Origin: a virus
Lineage: Duplodnaviria > Caudoviricetes
Direction: 5' to 3' (one strand)
IMG/VR virus record: IMGVR_UViG_2744054452_000001
Location: 16,516 to 80,515 of that record
DNA length: 64,000 bases
A model generated the notes under the pieces. It worked only from the letters and a program-made list of their open reading frames with translations. It ran no database searches and had not been told where the DNA came from. This document shows, piece by piece, positions 57,409 through 64,000 of this stretch (position 1 is the stretch's first letter; the number at the start of each line of letters is the position of its first letter). A program made the position numbers and the translations under genes.

Positions 57409-58008
57409 TCAGTTCTGAGTTACGGACTCTTCGCGCTCGACATGCTGATCCACAGAGCAAGGGCCGCGGCCAGCCAGCAGTGCACGAACCTCGTCCAGTG
57501 AGATTGGCCCGAAGTGGCCCACCAGCTTCACCGTGTTGTCGATACCAACATCAAGCATGCGGGCGCCTCGCAAGCCTTCTGGTAGCCGCAGGGAGCCATG
57601 ACAGTGCCCGTGCAGGTGATAAGACCCGTAATGCATGCGGTTCCAGCTCAGAAATGGGAAGTGCGACAGGATCACCTTCTGCCTTCCTGTTGGTGTTTCA
57701 AACGAGAGCTCGTCGTATGTCTTGACGCCAGCCCATCCGGTGAGCTTCTTGAGGTTCTTGCTGCTGTCGTGGTTTCCCTTGATGAGGAACTTCTGGCCAT
57801 GCAGCCTTGAAAGGATCGCGTCTGTTTCCTCGACCGACAGCATGGAGAAGTCACCCAGAACAAAGACGCGATCGGACTTGCCGACCCTTTTGTTCCAATC
57901 GGTGATGATTGCGGAGTCCATTTCTTCGGTCGAGGAAAACGGGCGGGTTTCCCAATTAATCGCCTTCTTGTGCCCGAAGTGGTCATCGGCGGTGAAGTAA
58001 TCAGTCAT
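57409..58008 (-). CDS. calcineurin-like metallophosphoesterase
   Basis: D.HFGH, LGDFS, GNHD, LSHFP and HGHCH motifs. Confidence 0.9.
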   Translation of the reverse strand: MTDYFTADDHFGHKKAINWETRPFSSTEEMDSAIITDWNKRVGKSDRVFVLGDFSMLSVEETDAILSRLHGQKFLIKGNHDSSKNLKKLTGWAGVKTYDELSFETPTGRQKVILSHFPFLSWNRMHYGSYHLHGHCHGSLRLPEGLRGARMLDVGIDNTVKLVGHFGPISLDEVRALLAGRGPCSVDQHVEREESVTQN

Positions 58009-58197
58009 GCCCGGCCCCTTCCGGTGGTGATCTCGTAAATGCTTTCGCTGCTCATAGTAAGTCAGTATTGAGTTATTACCTCGGGTAGCCCCAGGTGGCG
58101 GGATCTGTCACATACTCGATGAAATACCCCACCGCCACAAACAGCAAAATGGTTAGAACCACGTCGAACACGGACACGACTGTTCGCTTTGACAGTT

Positions 58198-58569
58198 TCA
58201 TTTCTTTGCGAACGGCACATTAGTGCCTTGAATCTCACAGGTGGTAGTTTGCGTTTTGCCAACCGTTGTCGTTTTGCAAACTTCCCATTCATTACGGGTA
58301 TCGGTTTTGGAATCCGGGCAGCGCATTGAATACAGCCAGCGGTCATGCGGCTTGAATGCCCATGTTTCGCATCCGTCCTCACCGGTGCTGACTTTGCGGG
58401 GCTTGCGGTCAGCTTCTTTCTTGGCTTCTTCCGCGGCACGCTCTTGAGCCTGGCGCTGTTTTGCCTCCGGGCTAAAGCATGAGTCATAGCATGCGTGCAG
58501 GAGAAATGCACAGACGCCTATGGTCGTAGTCCATTTAAGGACTCTTCCCAGGTTAATGCGAATCACCAT
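58198..58569 (-). CDS. membrane-anchored/exported hypothetical protein
   Basis: N-terminal hydrophobic segment with Cys pairs. Confidence 0.55.
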   Translation of the reverse strand: MVIRINLGRVLKWTTTIGVCAFLLHACYDSCFSPEAKQRQAQERAAEEAKKEADRKPRKVSTGEDGCETWAFKPHDRWLYSMRCPDSKTDTRNEWEVCKTTTVGKTQTTTCEIQGTNVPFAKK

Positions 58570-58573
58570 GGCA

Positions 58574-59086
58574 TCATTTCCCGACCATTGGGATACGTGC
58601 CAGCTGCTGCTCACGAATGTCGATTCGGAGATTGCGTGCGGCGAGTGAGCTCAGGCACATTTTCAGGTCTTCTGGATGGCGCTCAACTGGCGGGCCGTCC
58701 AATGAGAATTCAGCAATGCCGTCACCGAGTCCAGCATTTTTGAGCGCCTGGTTGATAACCTGGATCAATGCCGACTTGCCAGAAGCGGAACTGCCAGCGA
58801 CAGTGATTTGAATGTCTGCCGGCACATACGTAACCCAGCTGTCCTTTGCATGAAAGAAGAAGGACTCGTCGCCGTCGGCAAATTCGATGGTCATTTCGTA
58901 GCCAGGTGCGAAGCGGTGAGTTACACGACCGACCTTTCCGACGAAACGAGAAATACGCTTGATGTAGTCGTCGCTCGGAAAACCGGGATGTGCGCTAGAG
59001 CGATTGCTATTGCCCATGATTCGCACGTCTTCCTCGGTGATGGTAATGCGCTCACCTACTTGGAAATTGCGAGGGGATTTATTCAT
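58574..59086 (-). CDS. hypothetical protein (SH3-like N-terminus; GSSASGKS segment)
   Basis: Appears to be a two-module fusion; the P-loop-like motif is truncated. Confidence 0.55.
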   Translation of the reverse strand: MNKSPRNFQVGERITITEEDVRIMGNSNRSSAHPGFPSDDYIKRISRFVGKVGRVTHRFAPGYEMTIEFADGDESFFFHAKDSWVTYVPADIQITVAGSSASGKSALIQVINQALKNAGLGDGIAEFSLDGPPVERHPEDLKMCLSSLAARNLRIDIREQQLARIPMVGK

Positions 59087-59112
59087 TTCGTACCTTGAAG
59101 TTTTGCGGTTTC

Positions 59113-59424
59113 TTATTCTTGTGATGCTGTTTTGGCGGCATCAAATTCGGCCTCCAGCTCGTATTGCTGCTTCAAGTTCTTTGGCTTGCGCTCAGCAACG
59201 AGCTTGCGGTATTCCTTGTTGCAGGCAATCAAGCCTTCTTTTTCCATGCGGTTGACCCAATAGCGGCCTGTTTCAATTCGGCAAATATCCAGCATGCGAC
59301 GTGCCGACTTATTCACGCAATGTCCGAGTGCCCACAGCACAATCGCCGCAACGATGCTCATGATGGCCACGGCCGCAATTGCACCGGCGTACCAGATGAC
59401 GCCGTCGATAATGATTTCTCTCAC
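59113..59424 (-). CDS. membrane protein
   Basis: AAGGAG RBS, GTG start, one TM helix. Confidence 0.6.
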   Translation of the reverse strand: MREIIIDGVIWYAGAIAAVAIMSIVAAIVLWALGHCVNKSARRMLDICRIETGRYWVNRMEKEGLIACNKEYRKLVAERKPKNLKQQYELEAEFDAAKTASQE

Positions 59425-59468
59425 TTGTGTTTCTCCTTAGCTGGATGTGGCGGAATTTAATGAGTCAG

Positions 59469-59756
59469 TCACTTCTGAGTTATCAGAGCCTCGATGCGGG
59501 GATCGAGCCCGACCAGGCGCCACACAACTTCACTCTTGCTGTGGTGGTTTTCTTCACGGCAGAGCAGCGTCACATCGGCCACTGCCGGCTCAATACCGAA
59601 GTCAGAAACCCGAGGGCAGCAGTCCTTCATGTGGGACTGAAAAGCACAGTACGCGCAGCTGTCCTCCAGATCCACGACATTGCCTGCCTCATAGCAAATG
59701 CCGTCTACCACCAGCTTGCTCTGGTCAGCCGAAAGTGTGTTCTCAGGCAGCGGCAT
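59469..59756 (-). CDS. hypothetical Cys-rich protein
   Basis: GAGG RBS; CAYCAF motif. Confidence 0.55.
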   Translation of the reverse strand: MPLPENTLSADQSKLVVDGICYEAGNVVDLEDSCAYCAFQSHMKDCCPRVSDFGIEPAVADVTLLCREENHHSKSEVVWRLVGLDPRIEALITQK

Positions 59757-60102
59757 GGACTACCTCTTGTGCCTTGCGGTGCAGGTTGAGCGCCAGGTCT
59801 TTGACCCACTGTTCGGTAGATGGGCACCATGTGACATGCGGATCATCGGGTGCCGCGCAGTCGTCGTCGTCGGTCGTGAAGCTCATTGACCAGGCAAGCA
59901 GGCACTCCGGGCAGATCGACTCCACCCCATGCATGTTGATGATGTGCCTGACCTCGGCCTGCCCTGGGATGTGACGGAAGGAGTCCTGCTGATTGCGCTG
60001 CACGCCGCACAGCGTCTTGCCTGCATTGAAGCCTGTAAATGTGAAGTGGAGCATTGGGTTCCCCGATCTGTTTCGATACAGGTATTGTTGGGCTGGGCGC
60101 AT
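59743..60102 (-). CDS. hypothetical Zn-binding protein
   Basis: H...TLCG...CPEC; start may be near 60054. Confidence 0.55.
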   Translation of the reverse strand: MRPAQQYLYRNRSGNPMLHFTFTGFNAGKTLCGVQRNQQDSFRHIPGQAEVRHIINMHGVESICPECLLAWSMSFTTDDDDCAAPDDPHVTWCPSTEQWVKDLALNLHRKAQEVVHAAA

Positions 60103-60153
60103 GGCGCACCCATAACTCAGTCAGTAATGACTTAGTAACTCAGGGATGACTCA

Positions 60154-60441
60154 TTAGCACTGGCGCTCGCGGCGCTTTTGGTCATTGCAGCTCGTGGAGC
60201 TGCCGCCGCCAAAGAACGGAAACCAGGACGAACTGCCTGTCGAGCTCGACTCGCGCGGCTTTGCCGGTGTCGATGTGCGTGCCGGGGTCGATGGACGAGA
60301 AGCAGGCGCCGAAGAACGTGCCACGGAAACAGAGCCTCCCCTGCCCCCGCCTCCACCTCCGCCACCCTTTGCGAATGCCGAGGTGCCAATGACTGTAAGT
60401 GCTGCTGCGGCGCAGAGCGCCAAGATAGTTGTGTTTTTCAT
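60154..60441 (-). CDS. exported Gly/Ser-rich low-complexity peptide
   Basis: Signal peptide ending in AFA, poly-Gly, terminal Cys pair. Confidence 0.6.
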   Translation of the reverse strand: MKNTTILALCAAAALTVIGTSAFAKGGGGGGGGRGGSVSVARSSAPASRPSTPARTSTPAKPRESSSTGSSSWFPFFGGGSSTSCNDQKRRERQC

Positions 60442-60478
60442 TTCAGTGAGTCAGTTTTGACTTAGGATTCTACCCCAC

Positions 60479-60775
60479 TCACTGCCGTGTCATTTCAATC
60501 ACGCCGACGTACTCGACATTGCGAGACCACATCATGTCGTCCAGCTCCTTGTCTGTGACCTCTGTACCGGCAAGGATCGCCAGTTGACAGTAGAGCGGAT
60601 CTTCGTGGTACGGGATAGGCGACTCAACATGAATGACCCCGGGCAGCTCCATCATCGTGTCACGAATTTTGACGGCGGCCGTTGTCGGTGCATCGACCAG
60701 AAACAGACGTGTGGGAGGGAGCTGAATTGTGGTGGACTGCATCATTTCTTGGTCTCGTTTCTTGTTTCGATGCAT
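60479..60775 (-). CDS. hypothetical protein
   Basis: ORF downstream of a terminator. Confidence 0.55.
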   Translation of the reverse strand: MHRNKKRDQEMMQSTTIQLPPTRLFLVDAPTTAAVKIRDTMMELPGVIHVESPIPYHEDPLYCQLAILAGTEVTDKELDDMMWSRNVEYVGVIEMTRQ

Positions 60776-60834
60776 GTATTCTGACCGCCCTCTTTTGGAT
60801 TCTCATGCGCGGTCAGGTCTCTGTTTGTCCAAAG

Positions 60835-60862
60835 AAAAGGCCAGTCACTGACTGGCCTTTTT
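60835..60862. terminator. bidirectional hairpin terminator
   Basis: AAAAGGCCAGTCA-C-TGACTGGCCTTTT. Confidence 0.7.
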
Positions 60863-60868
60863 GGGTGG

Positions 60869-61168
60869 CTAGTAAATAGCCATCAGCTTGTGGTAAATCC
60901 TGAACTCCTGGTGCACCATTTCTACTGCATGGCGATCTAGCCCCGCGATGCGGAATGTCAACGGGGTCACGCCGTCACCAGAACCGGGATGCTCTCGGAT
61001 GTATATCGTTGCGAGCGTGCCGTCCTCAAAGTGAACACACCAGCAAACCGCTGCGCCATTTGAACTCACGGGTTCGCCAAACAATGCAGTCATTTGCGAC
61101 ATTTTTGCCTGAATGAACCCCTGCAGAAACAGGCGGACTGAATGCCCAGGTACGAGCGTGAACTTCAT
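60869..61168 (-). CDS. hypothetical protein
   Basis: LQG.I......L.A.FGEP...W...F.DG..ATIY pattern; ATG 61168. Confidence 0.6.
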   Translation of the reverse strand: MKFTLVPGHSVRLFLQGFIQAKMSQMTALFGEPVSSNGAAVCWCVHFEDGTLATIYIREHPGSGDGVTPLTFRIAGLDRHAVEMVHQEFRIYHKLMAIY

Positions 61169-61188
61169 GGATTTCACCCCGTGATTCT

Positions 61189-61635
61189 TTAATGCTCGCT
61201 GGGCAGCAGCATGAGGCCGCTCTCGATGAAGAAGACCCACTGCCCAGGCTGAATGTCGGAATACTCGATATTTCGCTGGTAGTAAATCTCACCCATGGGT
61301 GCCTTAAACTGCGACTCATCGGCACGGGTGTGGGTTTCCAAGTCCTGACAAACGGTCAGCTTGCAACCCTCCTGATCCTTTTCGCGCTCAAGCAGCACGA
61401 AGCATATTCCGTGCTTTTTCCATGCCCGTGTCACCTCGGGCTGGGTCGTGAGAATATCGCGCAGCCAATATGCCCCGTTCTTGCCGCCCTGCAGAAAAAA
61501 GAACCTGACTCCCGGCGTGTATTCCATTGGGCCGAACTGTGATTTGTAGTTCTGCTCATGGCCGCCGTAATACTGTCGCAGCTCTGCGCTCAGTTGCTCA
61601 GAATTCAGGCCCAGGTGCTTTGTTTCGTCGTTCAC
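61189..61635 (-). CDS. hypothetical protein (DUF6876-like)
   Basis: YT.GV.......AYWL.D...I.YSD.......F......LLPSEH pattern. Confidence 0.65.
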   Translation of the reverse strand: MNDETKHLGLNSEQLSAELRQYYGGHEQNYKSQFGPMEYTPGVRFFFLQGGKNGAYWLRDILTTQPEVTRAWKKHGICFVLLEREKDQEGCKLTVCQDLETHTRADESQFKAPMGEIYYQRNIEYSDIQPGQWVFFIESGLMLLPSEH

Positions 61636-61692
61636 TTGTTACCCCTGTTGTTTCGTGAGCTTTTATTGTTCACCTCGGGCATTGGCGGGTTT

Positions 61693-62118
61693 TTAGCTCT
61701 CGTCCCAGGGATTAATAACCTTGCCTGGCATCAGAATATTGAAAGGCCCAATGTCGCGCGTTGCGACAAACATATTCCTTGAAACCGCTATCGAGGCAAT
61801 CATTGAATCCACAATGGTTGGATTAAAGCCCGCCTTCTTTGCCTTTGACACAGCAACTGAGAACACCCGGGCTGCGGCGGTATCGAAATCGAGTACGCGG
61901 CCATTGAAAAGTGCGAATACGTCGTTGTATGCGGCAAGCAGGCGTGTTTTCTTTTTGCCATCAGGCATCATTTCGACGCCAAACAGATTCTCCTGAATCG
62001 AAAGCGATGTAATGAATAGCTCGGCGGGCCTTTGGGCATTCAACCACTGTTTCACAGCATCATTTGCCGTGCCGTCACTGATGGCTGCCGAGATAACATT
62101 CGTGTCAAGGACAATCAT
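61693..62118 (-). CDS. vapC: VapC/FitB-like PIN-domain toxin
   Basis: MIVLDTNVIS...E...D.MIA.IA...VATRD..F...INPW. Confidence 0.9.
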   Translation of the reverse strand: MIVLDTNVISAAISDGTANDAVKQWLNAQRPAELFITSLSIQENLFGVEMMPDGKKKTRLLAAYNDVFALFNGRVLDFDTAAARVFSVAVSKAKKAGFNPTIVDSMIASIAVSRNMFVATRDIGPFNILMPGKVINPWDES

Positions 62119-62396
62119 TCTTCTGTGCCAAAAAATTCTTCAAGGTTCATTGGATTGGCAATCTCGTCGTTGCCAAACGACTCAACGAGACCAACATCGT
62201 CGTCCGTAATGCTGTACCGGGCACCAATTGCCGCGAGAGCATCACCAAAGCCAGTCCTTGTTCGGGGTTCCGGCATCAATAGTTCACTGAGCATCAAACG
62301 TGCCTCTTCTTCCATACTGCGGGCATTTCTCTTTGCTCGCAGCTTGAGCGCGATGCGCGCCGAGTCTGGGAATTTACGAATGGTCAGGGTAGACAT
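62115..62396 (-). CDS. FitA-like ribbon-helix-helix antitoxin
   Basis: MSTLTIRK.P......LK.RA..N.RSMEEEAR..L; ATGA-coupled to the toxin. Confidence 0.85.
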   Translation of the reverse strand: MSTLTIRKFPDSARIALKLRAKRNARSMEEEARLMLSELLMPEPRTRTGFGDALAAIGARYSITDDDVGLVESFGNDEIANPMNLEEFFGTEE

Positions 62397-62418
62397 TGGC
62401 AACTCCTAATCAATCAGA

Positions 62419-62451
62419 ATGTGCATGCATTTTCGGTCAATGCATGCACAT
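62419..62451. promoter_or_regulatory. likely TA autoregulatory operator (13-bp inverted repeat)
   Basis: ATGTGCATGCATT-N7-AATGCATGCACAT upstream of the antitoxin. Confidence 0.65.
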
Positions 62452-62457
62452 GGTCAA

Positions 62458-62907
62458 TTAAGAGCCCTTCATGTCGGCTGTGACCTCGTCTGGGATCTCA
62501 ACAACGTCCCCGTGGATGTGCTGTGCCACGGAGTTCATGATTGCGAACGCCAGGTCTTTGCTCAGTGTCAGACCACTGGTAAAGCCATCAGTTTTATATT
62601 GATAGGTGGTCACGCACCACTCTTGCTGTCTAGGCAACCACTTGATGGTGGGCTTGTGCTTCTCGATGACCTGTTTCATCAGGAAGGCACAGCTCAGGTA
62701 CGGAGGCATCGGTGAGCTCGGCTCCAGCTTCACCACGCCGGTGGTGTTGCACTGACCGCAGCTGCAGTCCTCTGTCCAGCCTGTCCCATGGACGGTGTAG
62801 CGGCCCTCCCCTTCGCATTTCGGACAGGTGACTTCGGTGTCGCCCTGGATTTGGGCGATGACCCATTCAAGAGCTCTGCCGCGCAGGTCGTTGGTGCGTA
62901 CCTTCAT
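62458..62907 (-). CDS. NinX/DUF2591-like protein with DnaJ-type Zn-finger insertion
   Basis: KV.T..L.G.AL.W..A...CPKCEGEG...CGQCNTTG...GD.VEIP. Confidence 0.65.
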   Translation of the reverse strand: MKVRTNDLRGRALEWVIAQIQGDTEVTCPKCEGEGRYTVHGTGWTEDCSCGQCNTTGVVKLEPSSPMPPYLSCAFLMKQVIEKHKPTIKWLPRQQEWCVTTYQYKTDGFTSGLTLSKDLAFAIMNSVAQHIHGDVVEIPDEVTADMKGS

Positions 62908-63311
62908 TGCAGCACCTCCGGTAACTCCACGGTGCCCACAATGTCGTCACCCGGCACCAGCCCCTGCGCAATGCCCTCAAGGTGGCTCAGCAAGGCACGC
63001 ATTGCGGCCTTGTTGCGGGTCTCGCCCACCATGCCCAATGTGCGGTCGTCGGCCGGGTCTGCTTCGCAGCAGGCCCACCAGTGGCCGAGACTGTGGCGCC
63101 AGAGTGTGCTGATCTTGTATTTGTCCATAAGGTCGCAAACATCGGCCGTATGGTCGTCAAGGCCAGGTGCCCTTTCCACGAGGTCATAGCTGTCCACAAC
63201 CCCCTTGGACGGATTCTTGATCGCGTAGTCATTGGGCCATACGTGTTTTGCGATCATCCAGCTCAGTTGGCCATTGTTCAGATCGTTGATGGATTTGGTT
63301 ACTGTCTTCAT
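62904..63311 (-). CDS. NinX-like paralog
   Basis: L....L.W..A...LM.KY.I...G.T...AAMRA...VELPE; ATG near 63311. Confidence 0.55.
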   Translation of the reverse strand: MKTVTKSINDLNNGQLSWMIAKHVWPNDYAIKNPSKGVVDSYDLVERAPGLDDHTADVCDLMDKYKISTLWRHSLGHWWACCEADPADDRTLGMVGETRNKAAMRALLSHLEGIAQGLVPGDDIVGTVELPEVLQ

Positions 63312-63316
63312 GCTCT

Positions 63317-63775
63317 TTACGCGCCCCAACGTGCCACCCATTGCTTTTCCAGCTGCTCAGTCTGTGTCTGGAGCTTCTTGTCCTGTGCTGGCTGGCAGAT
63401 CCTGATTACCTCCTGGCACTGCTCGACGGAGAAGTCCCCGATATGGCAGTCCCCTGGTTGCAGGCCCATCTTTGATGCGAGCCAGCTGTATGCGGCCTTG
63501 CGGTGCATGCCGCCGTCCTTCCACAGAGGGTCAAAAACGCCGTGCGCCAGGCTCTTCAAGCGGCGCAGCTCTGCGTTGGCCAGACGCCCGAGCGGCAGCG
63601 TGCCGTCGCTGACGGTGCGCCCTGATTTCGCCCCCTTCTTGTGGCAGCCCACGTAAGCCCCGCAGGGGGCGCACAGCCAGAAGTTCAGGGATGCGAGGTC
63701 TGGGCGGTGCGGGTAGATCACCTCGCCTGTCACCAGCTTGGCAGGCTGTTTGCAGTATTGGCAAGTGCAGCTCAC
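63317..63775 (-). CDS. zinc-finger protein (DUF3268-like)
   Basis: CQYC...C.PC.AYVGCH...PLG.LA...H..FD..W...AY.WLA...CHIG.F. Confidence 0.8.
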   Translation of the reverse strand: MSCTCQYCKQPAKLVTGEVIYPHRPDLASLNFWLCAPCGAYVGCHKKGAKSGRTVSDGTLPLGRLANAELRRLKSLAHGVFDPLWKDGGMHRKAAYSWLASKMGLQPGDCHIGDFSVEQCQEVIRICQPAQDKKLQTQTEQLEKQWVARWGA

Positions 63776-63993
63776 AGAATCACCTCCGTGCCATGCTTTT
63801 CGACGTATTCCGGCGTCAGGTTGTCTTCCAGATCAAAGTCTGGATCTACGGGCACCTGGAAGTATTTGCGTCCGTCGTAGTTGCATTCGGGGCAGTCCAC
63901 GCCGTCGGTGAAAGTGAGTTCGCCAGGATCGTTGACCCACACGCTGGCTTCCCGGCGAATACGCGGGCAACCGCAATGACAGGCATAGATCAA
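63772..63993 (-). CDS. small Zn-ribbon protein
   Basis: CHCGC...CPEC; may extend beyond the window edge. Confidence 0.55.
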   Translation of the reverse strand: MIYACHCGCPRIRREASVWVNDPGELTFTDGVDCPECNYDGRKYFQVPVDPDFDLEDNLTPEYVEKHGTEVIL

Positions 63994-64000
63994 GCGCTGC

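Larger units (their letters stand above)
1843..60464. repeat. dispersed 18-bp palindromic operator-like motif TAAGTCAG-NN-CTGACTTA, 24 copies
   Basis: Copies start at 1843, 3816, 5553, 8077, 16726, 25848, 31437, 34141, 35104, 37796, 37925, 39997, 42123, 44598, 49427, 51599, 51907, 51941, 57405, 58058, 59465, 60117, 60136 and 60447. Nearly all are intergenic or overlap gene ends. Confidence 0.9.

Overview
The window is about 64 kb of a large, GC-rich (~60%) siphovirus-type phage genome, almost all on the minus strand. Left to right it carries a replication block (primase, DnaB-like helicase, an Hfq-like Sm protein, PhoH), lysis genes (i/o-spanin, holin, M15 endolysin), a lambda-like tail (fibre, J, I, K, L, M, tape measure, G/GT frameshift, tail tube), head genes, portal and terminase. 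Next come a ParB-ParB-ABC ATPase-thioredoxin-GNAT cassette, a divergent SF2 helicase operon, and an accessory/early region with a FitA/VapC-type toxin-antitoxin pair. The organisation suggests a temperate phage or phage-plasmid (inference); no integrase or Rep is visible. Main observations: (1) a sharply bounded 2.1-kb zone (48435-50529) with no [ACT]GG[AC] tetramer on either strand, a few kb from a candidate packaging-linked DNA-modification cassette; (2) 24 copies of an 18-bp palindrome, TAAGTCAG-NN-CTGACTTA, at gene junctions and -10 boxes; (3) a phage Hfq homologue, alongside a candidate structured sRNA and (AAG)n leaders. Product calls rest on motif recognition and synteny only; no database searches were run.
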